64,000 nt of DNA, from contig JAAZGO010000010.1 of NCBI GenBank assembly GCA_012511175.1, positions 69,563 to 133,562 of the forward strand, in the 5' to 3' direction. Numbering within the stretch: the first letter of the stretch is position 1; each line of letters begins with the position of its first letter. Positions 16,503-26,500 of the stretch are shown here, one piece after another. Position numbers and translations under genes: made by a program. The DNA is from Fastidiosipila sp. (GTDB lineage Bacteria > Bacillota > Clostridia > Saccharofermentanales > DTU023). The notes beneath the pieces were generated by a model, which ran no database searches, was not told the DNA's origin, and saw only the letters and a program-made list of their open reading frames with translations.

Positions 16503-17546
16503 TCAGATCACCCGGATGGCCACCCCCTGCCAGGGGGTCAGGCGTCCGATCGGCCAGGCTTTTTCACCCAATCGGCTCAGGGCGTCCAGATAGGGGTCGA
16601 CCTGATCTTCCCGCATAGCCAGCAGGAGACCGCCGGACGTCTGCGGGTCGAACATCAGATCCGTCAGAGCCAGCGGGATCTCTCCATCAAAGCGAACCCG
16701 GTCGCCAACGTAACGCCTGTTGCGGTAAGTTCCGCCCGGCAGCATGCCCTCTTTGGACATGTCCAGGGCACCGGGCAGCAGGGGAACGGACCGGCTGTCG
16801 ATTTCAACGGTCACTTTCCGGTCTCTCCCCGCCATTTCCCTCAGATGTCCCAGAAGGCCGAAACCCGTGATGTCAGTCGATGCCGATACATCGAGGCCGA
16901 CGGAAGCTTCAAAGGCATAGCGGTTGAGTTTCGCCATGGTGTCAATCATGCGCTGGACCGTCTCACCGTCCAGCAGGCCCGCCTTGGCGCCGGTTGCCAG
17001 AGCCCCGGTCCCCAGCGGTTTTGTCAGGACAAGGATATGGCCAGGATGGGGGGTATCATTTCGCCGGATCTGATCAGGGTGGCAGAGCCCCATGACAGAC
17101 AGGCCAAACTTGGGCTCTTCATCTTCGATGCTGTGGCCGCCCGCGACTGTGACACCGGCTTCCATGCATTTATCGGCCCCGCCCTCGAGAATCCTCCGAA
17201 CGACGGCCAAGTCAAGGCAGCTCGAAAAACAGAGGAGATTCAGGGCTGTTTTGGGGACCGCTCCCATAGCGTAGACGTCACTCAGGGCATTGGCCGCGGC
17301 GATCCGGCCGTAATCGAAGGGGTCGTCAACGATGGGCGGAAAGAAATCCACCGTCTGGATGATGGCGATATCATCAGAAACAAGGTAGACACAGGCATCA
17401 TCCTCGGTCTCATAACCGACCAGGAGGCGGTCATCTTTTTTGATCGGCAAGCCGGTCAGGAGCTCGGAAAGGACCCCCGGTCCCACTTTGGCCCCTCAGC
17501 CGCCGGCGCTGGTCAGCTGAGTCAGCCGGATTTCCTGGTCAGACAT
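16503..17546 (-). CDS. selD: selenide, water dikinase SelD, selenocysteine-containing (in-frame UGA at 17496-17498)
   Basis: The track ORF (16503..17486) starts at an internal GTG. Reading upstream through the TGA gives MSDQEIRLTQLTSAGG-U-GAKVGPGVLSEL from ATG 17546 behind AAGGAGGTG. U aligns with the catalytic Cys/Sec of the SelD glycine-rich loop. Confidence 0.9.
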
Positions 17547-17620
17547 GGTGACACCTCCTTTACCCTGGCGGGTAGAACCCGCCGTTTATCATAACACGAG
17601 GACGGCCGCAAAAAGGTCAA

Positions 17621-18709
17621 TCAAACAACGAGGCCGTAATAGTCGCCTTCCCTTCCGCCCGGCGGACGGTAATGATCCAGGGTGTAGGGGGTTAAAATGC
17701 CTGTGTCGGTGACTACTCCCGAAATGAGATGGGGCGGCGTAATGTCAAAAGCCGGGTAGTAACCTTTGACGCCCGGCCGTGTATTGCGAACACCCCCCGC
17801 CTCAAGCACTTGATTGGGATCACGCGCTTCGATGGGGACCTGGCTGATCCGGACCTGGTCCGGGATCCCTGTGACGAAGTAGGGCACACCGAAATATTTG
17901 GCCACCATGGCGATCTGGAGAGTACCGATCTTGTTGACCACATAGCCATCCAGTGTGATAGCATCGGCTGCTGTTGTAAAGAGATCCACCCGGTGGCGGG
18001 AGAAGACTTCGGCCGGCATGTTGTCAGTAATAACCGTGACGTCAGTGCCCATTTCAGCCGCGACACTGGCCGTGAGGCGGGCTCCCTGGAAATAGGGCCG
18101 GGTTTCAGGGCAAAAGAGCTTCAATGTCAGGCCCTTTTCCTGAGCAGCCCGGATCATGGTGCCGACAACAGTTTCGCCAAAGCAATGGGTCATGACGGTT
18201 GCCTCTTGGGGCAGGAGTGAAATAAGGTTCCTCCCGACCCGGGACATCCGTTCATAACGCCGCTCCAATGAGTTGTAAGCTGCCTGGAAAAGTGTCTGTG
18301 TCAGGTCTTTTTCACCTTGCTCAAGAGCCCGCAGGGCAGCTGTCAGAGCCCCCGCTGTTACCTGCCTCATCCTGGGTTCTGTTGTCGGCCTCGCCGTCGA
18401 CAGAAGCCCGGCTGCCTCTTCAAGCGCGGCCAGCTGCTTTTCCTTGCTCCGGCCCCTGACCTGATACGCGGCAAGTGCCATTCCCATGCCGGCCGCCGTG
18501 TAAGGGCCAGCGCTTTGTGTCACCATCCGGGTGATGGCATCGGCGACTTGTTCGACTGTCCGGCACTCTTGAAAAATAATTTCGGCGGGATAGACACGCC
18601 GGTCCAGGATCCGGACAAGGCCGTCCTCATACCAGGCGATATTTTCGTAGCGCAACAGGAACCCGAGGTCATGATCATGGCGTTTCCGGGTGTCATCACA
18701 TGCAGACAT
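17621..18709 (-). CDS. eIF-2B alpha/beta/delta-like isomerase (S-methyl-5-thioribose-1-phosphate isomerase family)
   Basis: ORF 17621..18730 trimmed to ATG 18709 behind AAGGAG. MtnA-like blocks: THCFGE, GARLTA, VGADAI-like TTAADAITLDGYVVNKIGT and PAFDITPP. Confidence 0.8.
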   Translation of the reverse strand: MSACDDTRKRHDHDLGFLLRYENIAWYEDGLVRILDRRVYPAEIIFQECRTVEQVADAITRMVTQSAGPYTAAGMGMALAAYQVRGRSKEKQLAALEEAAGLLSTARPTTEPRMRQVTAGALTAALRALEQGEKDLTQTLFQAAYNSLERRYERMSRVGRNLISLLPQEATVMTHCFGETVVGTMIRAAQEKGLTLKLFCPETRPYFQGARLTASVAAEMGTDVTVITDNMPAEVFSRHRVDLFTTAADAITLDGYVVNKIGTLQIAMVAKYFGVPYFVTGIPDQVRISQVPIEARDPNQVLEAGGVRNTRPGVKGYYPAFDITPPHLISGVVTDTGILTPYTLDHYRPPGGREGDYYGLVV

Positions 18710-18726
18710 GAAAACTCCTTTGTCGA

Positions 18727-19701
18727 TCAAGCCCGGGTGCCGGGCGCGGAGGGAACGCGAAGGCGGATGGCCTGCTTGATATTATTCAGCTCCCAATCAG
18801 TCCTCGAACCGCCGTACTCTCCGTCAACGGTAAAAGAAACGGGTTCCTTAAACCGGAAAATAATGTCGTGGGCCCGCCGACGGATCATGTCATCACTTGT
18901 TTTCCGCTGGAGGATGCGGGAGACAAGTTTGGCCGTCTGCCCAAGGTTCCGGGGTGGTTTGACCAGCAGAACTTCAAAGAGCCCGTCGTCGAAAACTACA
19001 TCATTCAGCTTAACCAGGCCGCCGACAGAAAAAGAGTTGAGGACGCCTCCAAAGATGTAGCTTCCTGAATAGTCAACTCCGTCGAGCAGGACGGTGGTTT
19101 CATGAGGGCGGATTCGGCCCACTGACTGGAGACCGGTCAGCAGGTAAGCGAAATGACCCAGTGCTTTTTTCAAATGGCGCCGTGTTGCGTAGGAGGTCTC
19201 CGTAAAGGCTCCGAAACTGGCGACATAGGTAAAGTAGGCGGGTAATTGTTCTGGCCTGCTGGGGCTGATGCCCTCCGGCAGGTCGTGGCGGATTTGCGGT
19301 TGACTTCCGTGGACCCGGCCGATGTCGATGGCGAAAGGGATCCCTGCCAGGATGCTGCGTGCTGCCTTCAGGGGCTCGGACGGCAGTTTGAAAGTCCGGG
19401 CCATATCACAGGTCGAACCAATCGGCAGGAAACCGACGTGGGGGGGAAAGCGGAGCCGCATAAGCCCCGAAACAACCTCAGAGAGTGTGCCGTCACCTCC
19501 GCAGGCAACGACAATGTCATGTGCGGGGCCCTGGGTGAATGCAATTTCACGGGCGTCACCGATTCCCGTGGTGAAAACTTCACGGACTGAAGATCCGGCC
19601 TTCCTGAGTTCACCGCAAAGTTTTCCGGCAAGCTCCGATGCGCCGTAGCGGCCGGCATTGGGATTGATGATCACCAGGATGTTTTGACCGACCCCATTCA
19701 T
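18727..19701 (-). CDS. diacylglycerol kinase-family lipid kinase (YegS/DagK type)
   Basis: 324 aa with ILVIINPNAGR and VVACGGDGTLSEV motifs. Confidence 0.85.
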   Translation of the reverse strand: MNGVGQNILVIINPNAGRYGASELAGKLCGELRKAGSSVREVFTTGIGDAREIAFTQGPAHDIVVACGGDGTLSEVVSGLMRLRFPPHVGFLPIGSTCDMARTFKLPSEPLKAARSILAGIPFAIDIGRVHGSQPQIRHDLPEGISPSRPEQLPAYFTYVASFGAFTETSYATRRHLKKALGHFAYLLTGLQSVGRIRPHETTVLLDGVDYSGSYIFGGVLNSFSVGGLVKLNDVVFDDGLFEVLLVKPPRNLGQTAKLVSRILQRKTSDDMIRRRAHDIIFRFKEPVSFTVDGEYGGSRTDWELNNIKQAIRLRVPSAPGTRA

Positions 19702-19755
19702 GCCAGTATCATAGCACGGTCGGTAAAAAAACGTGGTCAGGGTGGCGGTGACAGC

Positions 19756-20370
19756 CTATTTTCGAAGATGGTGGCTCAGGATGGCCAGGGCACAGGCCAT
19801 GTTTTCATTTTGCACGATGATGCCTTCCGGAACCTGCAGCAGAACGGGTGCGAAATTCCAGATGGCCTCCACGCCGGCTTCAACGAGCTGGTCACAAACG
19901 GCCTGGGCATTGGCGCCGTCAACGGTAATGATGCCCAGCCTGATTCCGCGTTCGCGGATTAGAGAATCAAGCTTTTCCATGGGGTAAAGCGGCGTTTGGT
20001 TCAGGTATTCCTCGCTGGCAATCCGGGTATCGAAGCCCGCGACAATTTTGAGTCCGTATTTTTCAAAGCCCGCGTAGTTGGCCAAGGCGGTTCCAAGATG
20101 GCCCACACCGACAATGACCGCTTCATCAACGTGGCCGTAGCCCAGGATGTCTTCAATATCCTTGATCAGTGCTTTTGTCGCAAAACCTTTTCTTGGCTGC
20201 CCAGCCTGCCGGCTCACCGAGGCCAGATCTTTGCGGACCTGCACTTCGTGCAGGCGGAATTCAGCGGCAATAGCGGTCGAGGAGACGTTCTCGGTTTCAA
20301 CTTCCCGCAGGTAGTCGAGGTAATAGGGCAACCTTTGCAAGGTTTGGAAAGAGAGAGAATTAGACGCCAT
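19756..20370 (-). CDS. rex: redox-sensing transcriptional repressor Rex
   Basis: 204 aa. Contains the RLPYYLDYL winged helix, a Rossmann motif VGVGHLGTALANY, and IWNFAP. Confidence 0.92.
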   Translation of the reverse strand: MASNSLSFQTLQRLPYYLDYLREVETENVSSTAIAAEFRLHEVQVRKDLASVSRQAGQPRKGFATKALIKDIEDILGYGHVDEAVIVGVGHLGTALANYAGFEKYGLKIVAGFDTRIASEEYLNQTPLYPMEKLDSLIRERGIRLGIITVDGANAQAVCDQLVEAGVEAIWNFAPVLLQVPEGIIVQNENMACALAILSHHLRK

Positions 20371-20386
20371 GAGAACCTCCTCAATA

Positions 20387-20404
20387 TCGATAATATATTA
20401 TTGA
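20387..20404. promoter_or_regulatory. 18-bp near-palindrome, candidate Rex-type operator in the rex/pdxS divergent region
   Basis: TCGATAATATATTATTGA (16/18 self-complementary) lies 17 nt upstream of the rex start. It loosely resembles TTGTTAA-n4-TTAACAA Rex boxes. Confidence 0.3.
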
Positions 20405-20597
20405 TTTAGAGGCCTGCTGTCAATCACCGTAACTGAATGCCTTTGACAGCCATTTTCTTGCGTTACCGCATGGGTGGGCGTATACTGAAAATGATTCAGG
20501 CGAAGGCCAGTATGATCGTGACAAACCTCCGCGACCGGGGGCTTTTTTGAGAAATATCTTTCTGTTTGTCCTGATAGGGATTGGAGGCATGATTCGA

Positions 20598-21461
20598 ATG
20601 AAGAAATTTGACCGTAATCTCGCGGAACAGCTGAGAGGCGGCGTCATCATGGATGTCGTCAATGTCGAGCAGGCCCGCATCGCAGAGGAAGCCGGGGCTG
20701 TTTCGGTTATGGCGCTGGAGCGTGTTCCTGCCGATATTCGTTCAGCGGGGGGCGTTTCAAGAATGAGTGACCCTGCCATGATCAAGGCCATCATGAAGGC
20801 GGTCAGGATTCCGGTGATGGCGAAAGTCCGTATCGGCCACTTTGTTGAAGCACAGATCCTTCAGGCGATCGGCGTTGATTTTGTGGATGAAAGCGAAGTG
20901 CTGACGCCTGCCGACGAAGTCTATCACATTGATAAAACCAAGTTCGAAGTACCTTTTGTTTGCGGCGCACGGGGCCTTGATGAGGCGTTGCGCCGCCTGG
21001 CCGAAGGAGCCATGATGATACGGACCAAGGGTGAGCCCGGCACGGGAGATGTGGTCCAGGCTGTCAGGCATATGCGCCGGATCAATCAGCAAATCCGTGA
21101 AGTGGCCTCCCTTCGCGAAGACGAGCTTTACGTCCGGGCACGGGATTTGGCCGTTCCTGTCGAACTTGTTCAATACGTCCACCAACATGGTAAACTGCCC
21201 GTTCCCAATTTTTCTGCCGGAGGCGTCGCGACGCCGGCTGATGCGGCGCTGATGCGCCAGCTCGGCGCCGAGGGCGTTTTTGTCGGATCCGGCATCTTCA
21301 AGTCCGGCGATCCGGTCCGGCGCGCCAGGGCCATCGTGGAGGCCTGTGAGCACTACGACGATCCCGAGCGGCTGGCCCATGTCTCTGAGAACCTGGGCGA
21401 GGCCATGGTGGGTTTGAATCCCGATCAGATTGAGCTGATTATGTCGGAAAGAGGGGTGTAG
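20598..21461 (+). CDS. pdxS: pyridoxal 5'-phosphate synthase lyase subunit PdxS
   Basis: ORF 20547..21461 trimmed to ATG 20598. Highly conserved PdxS sequence: [35 protein letters not shown] and [16 protein letters not shown]. Confidence 0.93.
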   Translation: MKKFDRNLAEQLRGGVIMDVVNVEQARIAEEAGAVSVMALERVPADIRSAGGVSRMSDPAMIKAIMKAVRIPVMAKVRIGHFVEAQILQAIGVDFVDESEVLTPADEVYHIDKTKFEVPFVCGARGLDEALRRLAEGAMMIRTKGEPGTGDVVQAVRHMRRINQQIREVASLREDELYVRARDLAVPVELVQYVHQHGKLPVPNFSAGGVATPADAALMRQLGAEGVFVGSGIFKSGDPVRRARAIVEACEHYDDPERLAHVSENLGEAMVGLNPDQIELIMSERGV

Positions 21462-21468
21462 CCAGCCG

Positions 21469-22365
21469 ATGCCCATCAGACAAATTGGATTCGTCGGCAC
21501 AGGTGTCATGGGTTCAGCCATGGTCGCCCGGCTTTGCCGGCATGGTTATCAGGTAAAAGTCTTCAACAGGACAAGGGAAAAGGCGGAGGCAACCGCCTGC
21601 GCCACGGGGGCCACGTGTACAGATTCGATCGCTGAGGCGGTGCGCGGGGCAGATGCCGTGATCACCATGGTCGGCTATCCCGCCGATGTTGAAGAAGTCA
21701 TGCTGGGTCCGGAGGGGATCTTTGATACGGCCAGCCGGGATACCCTGGTGATCGATATGACCACCTCGTCGCCTTCCCTTGCTGTCAAACTCTATGATGA
21801 AGGCAGGAAAAAGGGCCTGTCCCTCCTGGATGCGCCCGTCTCGGGCGGCGACGTAGGTGCGCGTGATGGAACACTTTCCATTATGGTGGGAGGCGACCGC
21901 CAATCGTTTGACCGGGCACTCCCTGTTTTTTCAGTGCTGGGCAAAAATATTGTCTACATGGGTGCGGCGGGTAATGGCCAGCACACCAAGGCTGCCAACC
22001 AGATTGCGGTTGCGGGTGCCACGGCAGCCATGACAGAGGCCATCCTCTACGCAGAGCAGACGGGGCTCGACCCCGAAACCATGTTGCGGGCGATCGGCGC
22101 CGGCGCCGCGGGAAGCTGGCAGATTGCCAACATGGCGCCCAGGGTTCTGTCAGGAGATCATGATCCCGGTTTTTTTATCAAGCACTTCATCAAAGACATG
22201 CGAATCGTGGAAGAAGAGATGGCAGACCGCGGAACCGGACTTCCCATGTTACATACCGTTTTGGGTCTCTATGAAAAAATGGCAGGCCATGGTGATGGGG
22301 ATCTGGGGACCCAGGCCCTGATCCGCCTCTACCGGACTGAAAAAGACAAAATCAGCAAGAGTTGA
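21469..22365 (+). CDS. NAD(P)-dependent beta-hydroxyacid dehydrogenase (3-hydroxyisobutyrate / tartronate-semialdehyde reductase family)
   Basis: 298 aa with an N-terminal GFVGTGVMGSAM Rossmann motif and DAPVSGG. Confidence 0.85.
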   Translation: MPIRQIGFVGTGVMGSAMVARLCRHGYQVKVFNRTREKAEATACATGATCTDSIAEAVRGADAVITMVGYPADVEEVMLGPEGIFDTASRDTLVIDMTTSSPSLAVKLYDEGRKKGLSLLDAPVSGGDVGARDGTLSIMVGGDRQSFDRALPVFSVLGKNIVYMGAAGNGQHTKAANQIAVAGATAAMTEAILYAEQTGLDPETMLRAIGAGAAGSWQIANMAPRVLSGDHDPGFFIKHFIKDMRIVEEEMADRGTGLPMLHTVLGLYEKMAGHGDGDLGTQALIRLYRTEKDKISKS

Positions 22366-22455
22366 CCGTTTCCGGTCTCTGGGCGGTCCTTCCGGCCTTC
22401 GTTGCGGGCAGGTTTTTGTTATAGAATGGGAGCAAGAACAGGAGGACCTTTAGGG

Positions 22456-23394
22456 ATGAAGCGGACGGTTGGGGTCTTACTCTTACTCTTGGCGGTTTTC
22501 GCGATTTTTGTTTTCTCAGGCCCGCGCATTCACGCGGGTGCAGATTTTTACCCGGCTCCGGCCGATGCGGGTTTTTTTGGCGGGGACAGTGATTATGGCG
22601 GATCCTCCGGCGGTGGCTGGGACGACTCCTTTGGCGACAGCGACTGGGGCAGCGGCGGTTTTGGAAGCTCAGGGGGCTTGTCCTGTGTTGGGGGGCCTCC
22701 CGTCGGACTGATCATCTTTGTCATTATCGTCGTCTTTGTGATTCTCAAGGCCAAAAAAGGCGGCCAGACGGGCTCACCCCAGGTCCCGGCCGTACCGCCT
22801 GTCCAGTCAACAGCCGTTGCCGACCAGATCCGGCAGGTGGATCCTTTCTTCACGGAAGCGGAGATGCGCGAGAAAGTTTCCAATCTATACTCCGAGATGC
22901 AGCGGGCCTGGGAAAATCAGGATTGGGAACCCATGAGGGCCCGCATGACAGACGACCTTTACAACCAGATGTGGCGGCAGCTGCAGGAGCTGGTAGGCCG
23001 CAACCAGATCAACCGCGTGGAGCGGGTCGCCATTATCAGCGTCGCCTTGGTCAATTTTTATCAGGATGAGCAAAATGACAACCTGGCCATCAGGCTGACC
23101 ACCCGGATCACCGACTACATCATTGACCGGGCGACCGGCACGGTCGTCAGCGGTGACCCGCGCCGTGAGAAATTCATGACTTACGAGTGGACCATGATCC
23201 GCAGCCTGGGTGTCAAGACTCCGGCTCCCGGCATAGCGGGCAAAACAGAAATCAGCCGCAACTGCCCCCACTGCGGGGCGCCCATTGACCTGACCCAGTC
23301 CGCCCGCTGCAGCTACTGTGGCTCCATCGTGACGGCTCCCGAGTTTGACTGGGTTCTGTCCAATATCCGGGGAATCTCCCAGCAGACCATCTGA
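22456..23394 (+). CDS. Tim44-like domain membrane protein with C-terminal zinc ribbon
   Basis: ORF 22402..23394 trimmed to ATG 22456 behind AGGAGG. It has a signal/TM segment, a Gly/Ser/Asp-rich stretch, a second TM, a Tim44-like body, then CPHCGAP...CSYCGS. Confidence 0.7.
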   Translation: MKRTVGVLLLLLAVFAIFVFSGPRIHAGADFYPAPADAGFFGGDSDYGGSSGGGWDDSFGDSDWGSGGFGSSGGLSCVGGPPVGLIIFVIIVVFVILKAKKGGQTGSPQVPAVPPVQSTAVADQIRQVDPFFTEAEMREKVSNLYSEMQRAWENQDWEPMRARMTDDLYNQMWRQLQELVGRNQINRVERVAIISVALVNFYQDEQNDNLAIRLTTRITDYIIDRATGTVVSGDPRREKFMTYEWTMIRSLGVKTPAPGIAGKTEISRNCPHCGAPIDLTQSARCSYCGSIVTAPEFDWVLSNIRGISQQTI

Positions 23395-23415
23395 CCGCTT
23401 TTCTTTCATAATGAT

Positions 23416-23450
23416 GACGGGCCCGCTCAAAAGGCGGGCTCGTCTGCTTT
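23416..23450 (+). terminator. candidate intrinsic terminator
   Basis: GACGGGCCCGC-loop-GCGGGCTCGTC (11 bp including one G-U) followed by TGCTTT, 22 nt after the stop at 23394. Confidence 0.5.
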
Positions 23451-23590
23451 ATGCAGGATTAGAACCTGCGTTACAGGCCCGGCAACTTCAAATTCTGTTC
23501 AAATTAAAGCATTAGGCTGGCCGTAAATGGGGACTCGTCATGAGGAGTCAGTGTTGCCCGATGACTAATGGATAGATGGAGGATAGGGCA

Positions 23591-26500
23591 ATGAATAAAT
23601 CCATAAACAAGATGAAATACATCTATGTATTTCTATTGGTGCTATCGCTGTTGATGTATCTGGTGGCACCTGTATTCCCAAACAAAGTGAGCGCCGACAG
23701 TGAACCTCTGGTTTCACTGACACACACGAGTGAGATCGACCGGCTGATAGAGCTCTGTATCCGGACCATTAAGGGTGAAATTCACTTCACCCGGCCCCTT
23801 GTCGAGAAGAAGATCGACCTGGTGATCGTCCAGGATGCAAGCGGTTCATTTGAAAACACCATTGGTACCATGAAAGAAGGCCTGAAAGCGGTCGTCGACA
23901 AGCTGAAACCAAGCCGCGGCGACCGGGTCATGGTGACCACCTTCCGCGGCGGCCAGCGCTATCAATGGTATGAAAAGGTCAACGATTCACAGGTCAAGAA
24001 GGATGTGGGCGACGACGAAGGCCTTTATATCAGCACGGCCAGCAGCTTTATTCCCGTTGATACCCGGACCAGGTATGACCTTGGCAGTAACCTTGACATG
24101 GCCAAGTCCAGGATCGGCGCAATCACTGTTGACGGGGGAACTCCTACGGCCCGGGGCCTGCAATATGCTTTGCAGGAATACAACAGCAAGCGCGTTGCCT
24201 TGGGCGACGTGGGCGACCTTAAGAGGGAGACCATCTTCCTCTTGGTGACAGACGGTGTCGCCAATGTCAGGCTCCCGGACGGAAGTACCGGGGATGACGG
24301 GACCATCTGGCTGGACTGGAACTGGGCCTACACTCCCGACGGTCAGTCGCATGGCAGCACGACCGGCTTCAATGAGAAATACCAGGACTACGAGACGGCC
24401 ACCGACCAGGCATCCGCTCAGGCTGCGGCCATCAAGAATCAGGGTTATTACCTGATCTCCACTTTTATTGAAGACTTTGAGAAACAAAAAACCCAGTACG
24501 GTGGCGGCAGCTATTACCAGGATGAGGTCAGCCCCTACACGAAAACCGCCCTGGAGAACATGGCCAGCTCAAGCAGCTATTATCAAGTTTTTGACAGCCC
24601 GGACAACTTCGGGACCCGGGTAGGCAATCTCTTTGAAGCCCTGGTTGAGGAAATCAGCCAGGAGAGCATCGAGGTGGTCATCGAGCCCGGTTACCAGGTG
24701 ATGTCGTCAAGGCTGCTCAAGGACGGCATAGTGATCAACGCCAACTTAAACTTTCAAACGGGGATCAATATCGTTGAAGTTGAGCAGGAGGGCGACTATA
24801 CCATTGAATACGAGTTGAAAGAACTTGATTTCCATGGAGAAGATGAAACGCCCGTCACCGCGACCGGCCGGTCGGGACAAAAACGCTACCAGATCGATAA
24901 TCCGGTCGTTCCCGGCAATACCAACACGGTCTGTACACTGGAGCCGGCGGTTCCCGTCAAACGGGTCAACGGGCTTGAACATTATGACCTGGATGAAGTC
25001 CGGGAGGAAGTGACCTATACGGTTACCACCCATGTCGGCAATATTTTCGGCATGACCTCCTTCGGCTTTGAGGATCAGGTTGACGCTCTTTTGAAAATCA
25101 CGCCCGGTTCCGCCGATGTCAAGGTGGATGGTGTCAGCATTGTCAAGCCCGGAGAATTGACGGTACTTGCCAACAAGATCACCTTCAGCAAGACAAGCGA
25201 TTTCCAGCAGATCAAGGAAAAGGACGTGGTGCTGGAATTCAAGGCATCCATCGACGCCTGCGTGATCTGCGGTGAAGTCAAGGCGGCCTATGCGGACGGG
25301 AAAATTCCCAATACGGCCCAGCTGCTTTACAACCAGAGCAGGGTGGCCAGCAATACCGTGACCATCGCGCCTCCCGCCCCGGAGGATCCCCCGATTGCCA
25401 AGGATGTCAACGGAAAAACACATGAAAACCTGACTGCGGCAGACGATCTTTTTGACTACCATGTCAAGGTCTTGCTGCCGGAACTGGAAGAAGGCGAGCA
25501 TTACGAGACCCTGGTCATTGAGGATGCCTTGGTTCCCGTTTTGCAAATTGAGGGCACGGCGGTGCTGATTGACGGGTTGGCGGCACCGGCGCTGGATGCC
25601 TATGTGTCCGTGTCGGGCCAGACGGCAACCCTGACGCTCGATCAGGAGGATTTTGATTTTGATACCATCGTTGGCAAGGTAATTGCCCTGCAGTTCACTG
25701 CTTCAATCCGGCCCGGCGCCGACCTCTCCGTTTATGAGGGGGAGCTGGTGCCCAATGAAGGTGAATACGGAATCAACGGCGGTTCCAGGGTCAAGTCCAA
25801 TCAGGTGACGGTGGCGCTGCCGCCTGAAGAACCTGCCATTGACAAAGATGTCAACGGGAAAACGCATGAGGACCTGGGAACGAAACATGAGATCTTCACT
25901 TATCACATTAAGCTTGACATCCCCGAAAGTGTGCGTGGCTATGAGACGATCGTGGTCAGCGATACCCTGGAGGATGTGCTTGAGATTATTGACAGCGGCG
26001 TGACGGTGGGGGGTGACGATACTTCCCTGCTTCCCCTGCTGACCGTTTCGGGACAGACCGCAACCCTGGTGCTTGACAGCGAATTTGACTTCAGTCAGAT
26101 CGCGGGCCAGCAGATTGTGATCAGCTTGAGGGCAAGGATCAGGATCGGCGCCAATCTTGACGCTTATGTCAACGACACGGTACCCAACCAGGCGGCCATC
26201 GAATTCAATGGCGGACCCAAGGTCATGACGGCGCCCGTCACGGTGGCCCCGCCCGGGGAACCTCCTGTGATTGAGAAGGATGTCAATGGAAAAGATCATG
26301 AAGATCTGACGGCCTTTGACCAGAGTTTCACTTATCACGTCAAAGTGGAAATCCCCAACAATATCCGTGATTACGCTTCACTGCTCATCACCGATACCCT
26401 GGAGGATGTGCTGGAAATCACAGGCGCCTCAGTTCTTCTTGACGGCGGTGACGAACCGGCCTTGCTGTCCTACCTGAGTCTTGCGGGACAGACGGTCAGT

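Noticed and set aside
20460-21461. pdxS without an adjacent pdxT, plus a T-run (GGGGGCTTTTTT, about 20535) in its leader, considered as a possible attenuator.
   Set aside because: Absence of pdxT cannot be judged from one window. I could not find a complementary arm to form a terminator stem before the T-run.
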